Below, piece by piece: positions 48,817-58,424 of a stretch of DNA of 64,000 nt. Source of the DNA: an uncultured Erythrobacter sp. (GTDB lineage: Bacteria; Pseudomonadota; Alphaproteobacteria; Sphingomonadales; Sphingomonadaceae); contig CANLZI010000001.1 in the NCBI GenBank assembly GCA_947495555.1, positions 36,861-100,860 on the forward strand. Reading direction: 5' to 3'. The notes beneath the pieces are model-generated. The model was not told where the DNA came from. It did no database searches and worked only from the letters and a program-made list of their open reading frames with translations. Made by a program: the position numbers and the translations under genes. Each line of letters opens with the position of its first letter. Position 1 is the stretch's first letter.

Positions 48817-48846
48817 AACGTCCGCTTTCCACCCAGTAGCAGGCCC
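48817..48846 (+). repeat. Junction palindrome family, copy 6
   Basis: AACGTCCGCTTTCCACCCAGTAGCAGGCCC, ending 9 bp from the yciB stop. Confidence 0.75.
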
Positions 48847-48855
48847 TGAACAGAT

Positions 48856-49515
48856 TTACCCCGGAGGTGGTTCGTTCTTAAGCGCCTCGTCCGCCGCATC
48901 CTCGTCCAATCCCACATCCAGCCCATGCTTCATCAGCATAGGGATTTGGGTGAAGGTGAACAGGAAGCTGAGCGGCATAAACACCCAGAATTTTGCCCAC
49001 AGCCATCCTTCAAAGTCGAGATATGCGCGCAGGCCTTCGTTGAGAGCGGCCAGGGCAAGGAAAAACACACCCCAATTGCGCGACAGTTTCAGCCAGCCTT
49101 CGTCGGACAGGCCTTCAAACGCGGCCTCCAGCAAGATTTTGAGCAGAGCTTTGCCTCGCCAAAAACCGACCAGCAAGGCAACCCCAAAGACGCTGTAGAT
49201 GATGGTTGGCTTCAGCTGGACGAACACCGGATCCCCAAAGAAGATCGTCAGCGCCCCGAACCCGACGATTAAGGCGGTTGAAAACCACAGCATGGGCGAG
49301 ACCTTGCCCAGCCGCCACTTAGATACCGCCAAGGCGATCACCGCGGCGACCATGAAGGCCAGCGTACCCTTGATGACTGCGGCGACCTCGGCAATGGCAT
49401 CAGTCTCTTCTGGCGAGAAGTATTTATAGGCGGCAAGGAACACCACCAGCGGGCCGTAATCGACTGCCACATTCAGCCAGCCAGAGCCCCTTTTCTTCGT
49501 TTCTGCGTCACTCAT
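48856..49515 (-). CDS. yciB: Inner membrane-spanning protein YciB (IspZ)
   Basis: DYGPLVVF, FVQLKPTI and WAKFW...FTFTQIPML. Confidence 0.92.
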   Translation of the reverse strand: MSDAETKKRGSGWLNVAVDYGPLVVFLAAYKYFSPEETDAIAEVAAVIKGTLAFMVAAVIALAVSKWRLGKVSPMLWFSTALIVGFGALTIFFGDPVFVQLKPTIIYSVFGVALLVGFWRGKALLKILLEAAFEGLSDEGWLKLSRNWGVFFLALAALNEGLRAYLDFEGWLWAKFWVFMPLSFLFTFTQIPMLMKHGLDVGLDEDAADEALKNEPPPG

Positions 49516-50468
49516 CAAGCAATTCCTGCAATTACGCGTGCGACCAGATCGGGGTCGAACGGGCGCAAATCATCCATTTTCTCACCCACACCAATGGCGT
49601 GGATCGGCAGGCCATATTGCTCTGCCGCTGCCACCAAAACACCGCCGCGCGCGGTGCCATCCAGCTTGGTCATGATCAGGCCGGTAACGCCAGCCACTTC
49701 CTTGAACACGTCAATTTGCGCAAGCGCATTTTGCCCATTGGTCGCATCCAGCACCAGCACAACATCATGCGGGGCCTGTTCGTTCAATTTGCCTAGGACG
49801 CGGCGGATTTTGGACAATTCGTCCATCAACTCGCGCTTGTTTTGCAACCGACCGGCGGTGTCGACGATCAATGCGTCAATGCCTGTGTCGGTGGCTTGCT
49901 TGACCGCGTCGAACACGATGGAGGCAGGATCGCCGCCCTCAGGCCCTCGGACGAGGTCAACCCCGGCGCGCTCGGCCCAGGTGGCCAGCTGGCCAATGGC
50001 GGCGGCGCGGAATGTGTCCCCTGCGGCCAGCAGAACGCCGTAATCATCCTCGGTGAACAAATGGGCGAGCTTGGCGATAGTCGTCGTCTTGCCCGAGCCA
50101 TTGACCCCGATCACCAGGATCACTTGCGGGCGGGGGAAGGCGGTAATTTCAAGCGGCTTTGCAACGGGTCGCAGGATCTCTGCGATCTCCTCGGCAACGG
50201 CTTCTTTCAGCTGCTGCTCAGAGATTTCGAGGCCAAAGCGCTTTTCTCTCAACCGCTCGCGAATGCGGGCAGCTGCTGAGGGGCCAAGGTCCGACAGGAT
50301 CAGTGCGTCTTCGACATCGTCCAAGGTCGCATCGTCCAGCCTTGCGGTGCTGACGACACTGGTCAGATTCTCGCTAAGGCGTTCAGAAGTCTTGCGAAAT
50401 CCGCCAAACAGACGATCAGACCATGACTTTTTCTGCCCGTTGGACTGTGGGCTGTCTTGATCGCTCAT
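49515..50468 (-). CDS. ftsY: SRP docking protein
   Basis: GVNGSGKTTT, DTFRAAA, DTAGRL and TKLDGTARGG. Confidence 0.97.
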   Translation of the reverse strand: MSDQDSPQSNGQKKSWSDRLFGGFRKTSERLSENLTSVVSTARLDDATLDDVEDALILSDLGPSAAARIRERLREKRFGLEISEQQLKEAVAEEIAEILRPVAKPLEITAFPRPQVILVIGVNGSGKTTTIAKLAHLFTEDDYGVLLAAGDTFRAAAIGQLATWAERAGVDLVRGPEGGDPASIVFDAVKQATDTGIDALIVDTAGRLQNKRELMDELSKIRRVLGKLNEQAPHDVVLVLDATNGQNALAQIDVFKEVAGVTGLIMTKLDGTARGGVLVAAAEQYGLPIHAIGVGEKMDDLRPFDPDLVARVIAGIA

Positions 50469-51679
50469 CGGAGCAATCCTTCCTCGATAATTGTGGGGTG
50501 GATCGTCACAATGGATCCAGCGGTAATATGTGCCGGAACGGCAACCCGTGCGAAGTTTTCCGCATAGCCTGTTCCATCACGCTCGGCGAGGATCGAAAGC
50601 GGTTTGCCCACCAGGCTTTGCAGCCATTGGCGGCGAGTTTGGGCAACTTGTTCGCGCAATTCTGCAGCGCGGCGTTTTATCACGCTGCGATCATGCTGCG
50701 GCATGCGTTCAGCGGGCGTTCCGGGCCGCGGCGAGTAAGGGAAGATATGGCCGTGAACGATGCCCAGTTCCTCGATGATAGAGAGGTTGGCTTGGTGATG
50801 TTCTTCGGTCTCGGTCGGGAAGCCGGCGATCAAATCGGCCCCAATGGCGAGATCAGGACGACGCGCCTTGAGACGGGTCACCAGATCAACCGCGTCATGG
50901 CGCAGATGACGGCGTTTCATGCGCTTCAGGATCAGATCATGGCCGTGCTGCATCGAAAGGTGCAAATGCGGCATCAGGCGGGGCTCTGACGCGAATAAAT
51001 CGAACAATTCTTCATCAATTTCAATGCCATCAAGCGATGACATGCGAAGCCGCTTCAGCTCTCGAAAGCTTTTGAGAACTTGCGAGATGAGGGTGCCCAA
51101 AGGCGAGACCTGGGGTAGATCGTGGCCCCAGCTGGTGACATCAACGCCGGTCAGGACGATTTCCGGCGCGCCCTGTTCCAGATGCTGTTCAACCTCTCGC
51201 AATACCTGCGAAATAGACATCGATCGACTTTTTCCGCGACCCTGCGGAATGACGCAAAAGGTGCAGGCATGATCGCACCCATTTTGGACGGCAATGAAGG
51301 CTCTGGTGCGTGTAGGAACAATCGGCGGGGCACTTTCAGCCACATTCCATGCGCGAGGGTCCAGCTTGGCCGTGTTGGCAATCAATCCGTCTACTTCGGG
51401 CATTTCAGCGATCTGGTCCCGCTCGATCTCGGCCGCACAGCCGGTTACCATCAGCCGCGCATCGGGGCGGGCCCGGCGCGCTTTGCGGATGGCTTGCCGG
51501 GTTTGGCGCACTGCCTCTGAGGTCACAGCGCAGCTATTGATCACCACAATGTCGTCTTCGCCCGCCAGCATGGCCTGCATGCGTTCGCTCTCGGCGATGT
51601 TGAGCCGGCAACCCAGCGAGATCACTTCGGCGCCAGATTGTCCAAGGGGCTTGTCGGGGGTCACGAATAATCGTCCCAC
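50465..51679 (-). CDS. mtaB: tRNA methylthiotransferase, MiaB/MtaB-like radical SAM
   Basis: SLGCRLN, NSCAVT and CDHACTFC. Confidence 0.88.
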   Translation of the reverse strand: MGRLFVTPDKPLGQSGAEVISLGCRLNIAESERMQAMLAGEDDIVVINSCAVTSEAVRQTRQAIRKARRARPDARLMVTGCAAEIERDQIAEMPEVDGLIANTAKLDPRAWNVAESAPPIVPTRTRAFIAVQNGCDHACTFCVIPQGRGKSRSMSISQVLREVEQHLEQGAPEIVLTGVDVTSWGHDLPQVSPLGTLISQVLKSFRELKRLRMSSLDGIEIDEELFDLFASEPRLMPHLHLSMQHGHDLILKRMKRRHLRHDAVDLVTRLKARRPDLAIGADLIAGFPTETEEHHQANLSIIEELGIVHGHIFPYSPRPGTPAERMPQHDRSVIKRRAAELREQVAQTRRQWLQSLVGKPLSILAERDGTGYAENFARVAVPAHITAGSIVTIHPTIIEEGLLR

Positions 51680-52470
51680 TCAAAACTACCGCGAAAACTT
51701 TCGGTGGCCGGGCCGCTCATCATGATGCGGTTTTCTTGTGTCCAGTCGATGACCAATTCACCGCCGGGCAGGCGCACGGTTGAGCAACGCTCTGCCTTGC
51801 CAATCCGCGCAGCAGCCACGGCAGTTGCGCAGGCACCGGTTCCACAGGCCCTTGTCAATCCAACACCGCGTTCCCACACGCGCAGACGAATTTTCTGACG
51901 AGATTCGATCGTTGCAACATTAACATTGATGCGGTCGGGAAACAGCGGATCATTTTCGATCTGCGGTCCCAATTGGTCGAGCGCGACAGCGTCGCAATCC
52001 TCCACAAAGAACACGACATGCGGATTGCCGACATTGACTGCGACCGGATTGGACAATTCTTCCCAGCCAACCGGCATTCCAGCTGTATCCATCGCATAGG
52101 CAAGCGGGATATCCTGCCAATCAAATCTAGGGCTGCCCATATCAACCGTGGCGCCGCCATCTGTGGGCTTGAGCGCAATAATGCCGCCGCCGGTCATCAC
52201 TTGGGCGGGTTGACCGTGGAGCAAAGCAATCGCGCGGCTTGCATTGCCGCAGGATTCCACCTCGCCTCCATCGGCATTGTAGATCCGCATGCGGAAATCA
52301 GCCTCTTGGCTGGTCTCCAGCACGATCAGTTGATCGCAGCCGATACCGGTGGTGCGATTGGCAAGGGCTGCGGCGATAGAATTGCTGACAGCGGGCAGGG
52401 CGGTCTCTCGCCCATCAAGGACGATAAAGTCATTGCCCAATCCGTGCATCTTGGTGAAGGAAACCCGCAT
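51661..52470 (-). CDS. dapF: Diaminopimelate epimerase
   Basis: KMHGLGNDF, SCGNA and ERGVGLTRACGTG. Confidence 0.97.
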   Translation of the reverse strand: MRVSFTKMHGLGNDFIVLDGRETALPAVSNSIAAALANRTTGIGCDQLIVLETSQEADFRMRIYNADGGEVESCGNASRAIALLHGQPAQVMTGGGIIALKPTDGGATVDMGSPRFDWQDIPLAYAMDTAGMPVGWEELSNPVAVNVGNPHVVFFVEDCDAVALDQLGPQIENDPLFPDRINVNVATIESRQKIRLRVWERGVGLTRACGTGACATAVAAARIGKAERCSTVRLPGGELVIDWTQENRIMMSGPATESFRGSFEWDDYS

Positions 52471-52547
52471 AGCGCTCGCGCTCTATTAGGGTGCGAGCAA
52501 GTCGTCCAGTTTTTCGCGCAGAACGGGCGGTAGACCCGCCAAGCAGA

Positions 52548-54215
52548 TTACCGCTTGTTGACCTGTTTTTCGGGCGCAGCCTGCTCGGTCTCTTCAACCT
52601 CATCGACTTCTGCTGCGCCGACATCGGCCGATCCAGCAAGCTTGCCAGTCTCCTTGAGACGATCATGGACCTGGCGAGCCGTTTCCGGGCGACCATAAAG
52701 ATAACCCTGACCCTTCAGCTGACCCATTTCTTTCAACGAATCGAGGATCTGCTGATCTTCAATACCCTCGGCCGTAATCGGCATTTCCAAGCCGTGTCCG
52801 AGAGAGACAATGGCGTCGACGATCTTCGAGCTGGCATCTGCGTTGCGCAATTCGCTGATGAAGCTGCGATCAATCTTCAAGCGATCAAACGGCAAAGAGC
52901 GCAATTGTTCCAGACTGGAATAGCCGGTGCCAAAGTCATCAAGACTGATCAGAACACCCTGATTGCGCAGGCTGCTGATCATGGAACGCACCATGCCAAC
53001 ATTTTCGTGCAAGCAGCTTTCCGTGATCTCGATTTCAAGACGGTTGGCCGGGAAATTGCTTTCATGCAGCATCTTCAACAGTTTCTGCGCAAACCATGGA
53101 TCGCGCATCTGCACTGGCGAGATATTGACCGACAAGGTTAGCGCAGGGTCCCATTCTTTGGCATCAGCAAAGGCCTGGATGATCAGCTTTTCAGACAATT
53201 CAGCGATCACGCCGATGTCTTCTGCAATCGGAATGAAAATGTCCGGGCTGACCAGTCCCAAGGTTGGGGAGTTCCACCGCGCCAACATTTCAAACCCAAC
53301 CAGATCACCGCTTTCAAGGTCAATCTGCTGTTCGTAATAGGGTACAAATTCGCCGGCAGTTACGCCGCGACGGATGCCGGTTTCCAGCTCGTTGCGGAAG
53401 CGCAGCTCGTTTTCCATCGATGGTTCGAACCAGAAGTAACGGTTCTTCCCCTGTTTTTTGGCTTGATACATCGCAATATCAGCGCGGTGCATCAGCGTTT
53501 CGACTTCGCTTAGACCGGCGGTATCTTCAATGCCATCGGCGTCAGAGGTCACACCAATGGACATGGTAACGTCAACCATGCTGCCATCGACATCCATCGG
53601 CGCACCAATGGTTTCGAACAAGCGCATGACATGCTCGTCAACCAATTCAGAGCGGGCCCGATCAAATGGCAGCACGAAGGCAAATTCGTCGCCGCCAAGG
53701 CGTGCGATCAGCGCATCTTTGGGTAGGCTGTCGCGCAGCCGTTGGGCGGTTTGTTTCAAAACGCGGTCGCCAACCGAATGGCCGTTCATGTCATTGACCT
53801 GCTTGAAATTGTCGAGGTCGATCATCACGAAAGCCAATGCCTGGCCATGCGCATTGCATTTAAGACGCAGGCTTTGCGTGGCATCGGTCATGCTGCGACG
53901 GTTCAAACAATCTGTAAGCGGATCGGTTTGCGCCAGCTTGTGGGCGATCTCTTCGGCTTTGCGACGCTCGGAAATTTCGGTCGTTAGCTCGCGGTAGCGG
54001 CGCCAGCCAAAGATGATCAAAGCGATGTTCAGCAACAGCGCGTTGACCAGCAACAGATCGGGTGCGGAATCACCAGCAAAGACCGATCGCATAACTTTTG
54101 GCAATACGCTGCCGCCGGTGGCGATGAATAGCAGGATAGCCGCAACCGCAATGCCCAACGTGATCAGATCACGCTCTGCTGTTTGGATCGGTCCCTTTTT
54201 GTCCGTCTTATCCAA
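52548..54215 (-). CDS. Membrane-anchored GGDEF-EAL protein
   Basis: Two N-terminal TM helices, GGDEF motif intact, EAL variant EML, DDFGTGYSS. Confidence 0.92.
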   Translation of the reverse strand: MDKTDKKGPIQTAERDLITLGIAVAAILLFIATGGSVLPKVMRSVFAGDSAPDLLLVNALLLNIALIIFGWRRYRELTTEISERRKAEEIAHKLAQTDPLTDCLNRRSMTDATQSLRLKCNAHGQALAFVMIDLDNFKQVNDMNGHSVGDRVLKQTAQRLRDSLPKDALIARLGGDEFAFVLPFDRARSELVDEHVMRLFETIGAPMDVDGSMVDVTMSIGVTSDADGIEDTAGLSEVETLMHRADIAMYQAKKQGKNRYFWFEPSMENELRFRNELETGIRRGVTAGEFVPYYEQQIDLESGDLVGFEMLARWNSPTLGLVSPDIFIPIAEDIGVIAELSEKLIIQAFADAKEWDPALTLSVNISPVQMRDPWFAQKLLKMLHESNFPANRLEIEITESCLHENVGMVRSMISSLRNQGVLISLDDFGTGYSSLEQLRSLPFDRLKIDRSFISELRNADASSKIVDAIVSLGHGLEMPITAEGIEDQQILDSLKEMGQLKGQGYLYGRPETARQVHDRLKETGKLAGSADVGAAEVDEVEETEQAAPEKQVNKR

Positions 54216-54290
54216 TGTTCCTTCAACCCAGCCTGCTTCGGCTTGGCCCCCATTCCACCACTGTTCAGCCTTGGATATGACCCAACGTGA

Positions 54291-54305
54291 TAAAGATCGG
54301 GTTAA
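54291..54305. promoter_or_regulatory. CtrA-box-like site upstream of the GGDEF-EAL gene
   Basis: TAAA-GATCGGG-TTAA, one mismatch to TTAA-N7-TTAA. Confidence 0.45.
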
Positions 54306-54390
54306 TTGTGGTCCTTTGCCATAGTGGGGGTGGAACCCGAAGGAGGGCGCAGTTAAGGGATCATGAAACCCACACTAAGGAGAAATTGCC

Positions 54391-54816
54391 TTGGCACGCT
54401 ATTGGCTGATGAAATCGGAACCCTTCAAATATGGCTGGGAGGATCTCGTCGCCGAAAAAGAGGGCGTATGGGATGGCGTACGCAATCACCGGGCCAAGAA
54501 CAATCTTGCCGCGATGAAGGTTGGTGAAGAGACGTTTTTCTACCACTCGCGCGAAGGGCTGGAGATTGTTGGCGTGGCCACAATTTCCGTCGATGGCATC
54601 ATGGACCCAACTGATCCCGAACAGAAATGGGCGGCGGTCAAGATCAAGCCGAAGTCCAAGCTGAACTCACCCGTTACCCTGAAGCAGATCAAGGCCGAGC
54701 CCAAGCTGGCCGATTGTGAATTGGTGCGCTTGTCGCGCCTATCCGTGGCCGAAATCACGCCCAAGGAATGGGACATAATCCTGGAGATGGGCGAGGGCTT
54801 GTCGGGAGAGATTTAG
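54391..54816 (+). CDS. EVE domain-containing protein
   Basis: YWLMKSEP, WDGVRN, FFYHS and RLSRLSV. Confidence 0.93.
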   Translation: MARYWLMKSEPFKYGWEDLVAEKEGVWDGVRNHRAKNNLAAMKVGEETFFYHSREGLEIVGVATISVDGIMDPTDPEQKWAAVKIKPKSKLNSPVTLKQIKAEPKLADCELVRLSRLSVAEITPKEWDIILEMGEGLSGEI

Positions 54817-54854
54817 CTCCCGCTTTAACCCCGTTTGGCGTCTGGCCGGCTCGC

Positions 54855-56546
54855 CTATCGGCTTCTCAAACCACTGACCGTCGCACCGCTGGCTGCCAAT
54901 TGTTCAATGTCGATCAGGCAGTGGATCAGGCGAAGACCCGAGGTTTGCTGAGCCTCTAGCAGCGCCTCTTCGAATTGCTCGGTTGTTTCAGCGCGAGCCG
55001 ACCAACCGCCAAAGGCCGTGGCGAGCGCTGCAAAATCAGGGTTGGCCAGCTCGGTGGCGGATATGCGGCTGGGAAATTCGCGCTCTTGATGCATGCGAAT
55101 GGTGCCATAGGCGCCATTGTCGATCACAATCACAATCATGTCGCAACCATGCTGAACCGCGGTTGCTAGCTCCTGCCCGTTCATCAGAAAATCGCCATCG
55201 CCAGCCAACGCGACCACGGTGCGTTGCGGGAAGCGGCGTGATGCGGCCACGGCTGCTGGCACGCCATAACCCATAGCGCCTGCTGTAGGGGCCAATTGGG
55301 TGGGAAAGCCGCCATAGCGCCAGTAACGATGCCACCAGCCTGAAAAGTTGCCTGCGCCGTTGCAGATGATGGATTCAGCCGGGAATTTGTCGCGCATGAA
55401 GGTGACGCATGCTGCCATGTCCAATGCAAAGTCATTCGGCTGAGCATTGGCGCCTTTGCTGCCGGAACTCCACTCGCTCCATTCTGCATGGGCCTGCGCC
55501 CCGGCATCAAACGGAATGATGGCTCCATCGTCCCACAAAGCCGCGCTTTCGGCGAATTCGTCCACCGAACAGCACAGCGCCAGATCGGTGCGATACACCC
55601 GGTTCAGCTCTTCCGGGTCCGGATAGACATGGATCAGCGTCTGATCGGGATGCTCTGTGGTGGGGAAACTGTAACCATCGGTGGTGGCCTCTCCCAGCCG
55701 GGCGCCGACGGCCAGGATCAGGTCAGCTTGCTTAACCCGCTCCACCAATTTGGGGTTGGGGCCGTAACCAAGATTGCCGGCATAGACGCTGGAATCAGGA
55801 GAGATTGCATCTTGCCGGCGGAAGGCTGTGGCCACCGGCAGGCCGATGCGTTCGGCAAAACTTTGGAAGTGTTCGCGCGCCTTTTCATTCCAGCCTGCGC
55901 CGCCAATGATTGCGATCGGACTGGCAGCATCAGCCACCATTGCCATCATCGCCTGCATGGCATCGGGGCAGGGTGCCTGTGCGGGACGCGTGATGGCTGG
56001 CCGAGGCGCTGCGCTGGTCATCTCGCTCAACATATCTTCGGGCAAAGCCAGAACGACAGGTCCGGGGCGGCCGCTGGTCGCTGTGGCATAGGCGCGGGCG
56101 ATATACTCAGGGACGCGGTCGGGATCGTCGATTTTGGCGGCCCATTTGCAGATCGGGCCGAAGAAAGCGGGAAAGTCGACTTCCTGAAACCCTTCGCGAT
56201 CGCGCATGGGACGGGCAACGTCGCCGACGAACAAGATCATCGGTTGCGAATCCTGATGTGCAACATGCACCCCGATGCTGGCGTTGGTGGCACCTGGGCC
56301 GCGCGTGACAAAGGCAATGCCCGGCTGTCCGGTCATGGTTCCATCGGCGCAGGCCATAAAGGCTGCTCCGCCTTCTTGACGACATGTGACCACATCGATG
56401 GCACTGCGATCATGCAGCGCGTCCAGCACAGGCAGAAAGCTCTCGCCCGGTACGGTGAAAATGCGGTCTGCGCCCTGTTCGATCAAACAGTCTACCAACA
56501 GAGCGGCTGCGGTGCGTGATGCGGTTTGGTGTGTCTCAATCGTCAT
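54855..56546 (-). CDS. Thiamine pyrophosphate-binding protein (acetolactate synthase-like)
   Basis: VPGES, CRQEGGAAFMA, TRGPG and GDGDF...N TPP motif. Confidence 0.92.
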   Translation of the reverse strand: MTIETHQTASRTAAALLVDCLIEQGADRIFTVPGESFLPVLDALHDRSAIDVVTCRQEGGAAFMACADGTMTGQPGIAFVTRGPGATNASIGVHVAHQDSQPMILFVGDVARPMRDREGFQEVDFPAFFGPICKWAAKIDDPDRVPEYIARAYATATSGRPGPVVLALPEDMLSEMTSAAPRPAITRPAQAPCPDAMQAMMAMVADAASPIAIIGGAGWNEKAREHFQSFAERIGLPVATAFRRQDAISPDSSVYAGNLGYGPNPKLVERVKQADLILAVGARLGEATTDGYSFPTTEHPDQTLIHVYPDPEELNRVYRTDLALCCSVDEFAESAALWDDGAIIPFDAGAQAHAEWSEWSSGSKGANAQPNDFALDMAACVTFMRDKFPAESIICNGAGNFSGWWHRYWRYGGFPTQLAPTAGAMGYGVPAAVAASRRFPQRTVVALAGDGDFLMNGQELATAVQHGCDMIVIVIDNGAYGTIRMHQEREFPSRISATELANPDFAALATAFGGWSARAETTEQFEEALLEAQQTSGLRLIHCLIDIEQLAASGATVSGLRSR

Positions 56547-56721
56547 TGGCCGCAAATAGCTTTGACGCTGCAATGTGGCAATGCGTGCGATGGGCGGATT
56601 GTGGTCAGAACTGTGCATTCACGTGGCTGGCCCATCTTACCGCCTAAACGGCCCAACAAGGTGAAGCATCGTGATTAATGTCCCAACCTGTGACAGGCAG
56701 GATTTCTGCGTGAGACAATGG

Positions 56722-56736
56722 TTAGAATCGGGTTAA
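56722..56736. promoter_or_regulatory. CtrA-box-like site
   Basis: TTAG-AATCGGG-TTAA(C), upstream of a small membrane-peptide ORF. Confidence 0.5.
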
Positions 56737-56830
56737 CAAGCAACCCATGCGTAGATCACTAGTCCTTACCGATGAATCGAGCCGTCACCCATTTTTGGCG
56801 ACGCTTCCGCCCCATGTCCGTGAAGTTACC

Positions 56831-56938
56831 GGAATGAGCGAAGCCGAGACCATATGGCGTCTGACGCAAGACGATGTTCGCGGATTCGCGAGCGTCTATT
56901 TCGCAGCATTTGCAGCGATCCTGGTGTTTATCGCCTGA
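56831..56938 (+). CDS. Small membrane peptide (35 aa; a longer start at 56747 is possible)
   Basis: MSEAETIWRLTQDDVRGFASVYFAAFAAILVFIA, with a hydrophobic C-terminus. Confidence 0.5.
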   Translation, partial: GMSEAETIWRLTQDDVRGFASVYFAAFAAILVFIA

Positions 56939-56983
56939 TTGGCCCCCAGAGCTAGTCAGCGCGTGCTGATCTGCGCGTGCTGT

Positions 56984-58306
56984 TCAGCTGCTGGCAGGCA
57001 GGGACGACTCGGCCAGTTCAGCATTATGCAAACGCTTGCCCAGCCACGCTGACACCACGCACATTGCGGCGCTCAACAGCAATTGTTCGGCGATGGGAAC
57101 GCCAAACAGATTGAGGCTCATCGCGACCATTGCGCCAGCCACCATTGCGCCAGAATTGACGATGTTGTTGGCCGCGATTGTACGCGCGGCCTGATCGGGC
57201 GCGACCCTGGTTGTCAGGAAAGCATAGAGCGGCACGACAAACATGCCTCCAGCAATGGAAATGCCCAGCAGACACAGCAGCAGGACCGTGGCCATGGGCC
57301 AGCTTAGAAACTCCATCACGGACAAGAGCTCGGTCGGAGCATTGGCCTGCCACATCCGGCATACGACATAAAACGCCACCACAAACACGCCCATACCAAT
57401 GACAGAGGCGGGGGCAAAGCGGGCAGACACCTGGCCCTTCAACAAAGCGTTGATGGACACAGATCCGATCGCAATCCCGATTGAGAATACCGCCAGGAAC
57501 AGGCTGGCTACTTCTTTGCTCGCCATCAATGTGTTCTTGGCCAGGGGCGGAAACTGGATCGTCAGGACCGCGCCAATGGTCCAGAAAAAGCTGATCGCGA
57601 TGATCGAATAGAATATCTGTTTGTCATGGCTGGTTGACCGGATCAGTTGGCTGGAAGCGCGCCAGACATTCCAGTCCAGCTTGGTGATGGTGCCCATGGG
57701 CGGTGCCGCGGGAATCTGGCGGCTGGAGATATAGCCGATAACCGCGGTCACAATAATCCCGATGGCCGCCCATTGAACATCGATCCAACCGGCCAAAATG
57801 GTACCCGCCAGAATGGCGATATAGGTGCCAGCCTCGACCAATCCCGTTCCCGCCAACACCTCTTCCTTCTTGAGATGCTGGGGCAGGATCGCGTATTTGA
57901 TCGGCCCAAGGAAAGTGGATTGAATGCCCGTCAGCAACAGAGCGAATAGCAACAGCGGAATGGCAATTGCGTCCACCATGATGCCTTTCCAGACCATATA
58001 GAGCCCGACCGCGCCAATGATCATCAGCCCGATCTCGCACAATTTCACCGTGCGGATAATCTTTGCTTTGTCGCGATTGTCGGCCAATTGTCCGGCAATG
58101 GCAGACAGGAGGAAATAGGGCAGCATAAACAGGCCGGTGGCTACCGCGCTGAAAATGCCTTCCTGGCTCTCGTCGCGATAAACGAAATACACCACGAACA
58201 AGACCATCGCGGTCTTGTATAAATTGTCGTTGAAGGCGTTCAGCATCTGGGTGCAGAACAACGGCAAGAAACGCCTGCGGCTGAGCAAATGCGTGGTTGT
58301 CGTCAT
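56984..58306 (-). CDS. MFS transporter (LplT/Aas-related)
   Basis: About 12 TM helices, AFNDNLYK and GPIKYAILP. Confidence 0.88.
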   Translation of the reverse strand: MTTTTHLLSRRRFLPLFCTQMLNAFNDNLYKTAMVLFVVYFVYRDESQEGIFSAVATGLFMLPYFLLSAIAGQLADNRDKAKIIRTVKLCEIGLMIIGAVGLYMVWKGIMVDAIAIPLLLFALLLTGIQSTFLGPIKYAILPQHLKKEEVLAGTGLVEAGTYIAILAGTILAGWIDVQWAAIGIIVTAVIGYISSRQIPAAPPMGTITKLDWNVWRASSQLIRSTSHDKQIFYSIIAISFFWTIGAVLTIQFPPLAKNTLMASKEVASLFLAVFSIGIAIGSVSINALLKGQVSARFAPASVIGMGVFVVAFYVVCRMWQANAPTELLSVMEFLSWPMATVLLLCLLGISIAGGMFVVPLYAFLTTRVAPDQAARTIAANNIVNSGAMVAGAMVAMSLNLFGVPIAEQLLLSAAMCVVSAWLGKRLHNAELAESSLPASS

Positions 58307-58424
58307 AATATTGGCGTTGAAGCGCCTCTCCCCCAGTTATTTCCAGCTTTAGAGCATGATCGGCAGTGAACAAGGCAATCTAGTCCCTTTTGCCCGATCA
58401 CTTACCGCGCTAGGAGGCTAAGAG

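Noticed and set aside
48669-48926. 85-aa minus-strand ORF
   Set aside because: Overlaps the yciB 3' end and crosses repeat copy 6; probably spurious.
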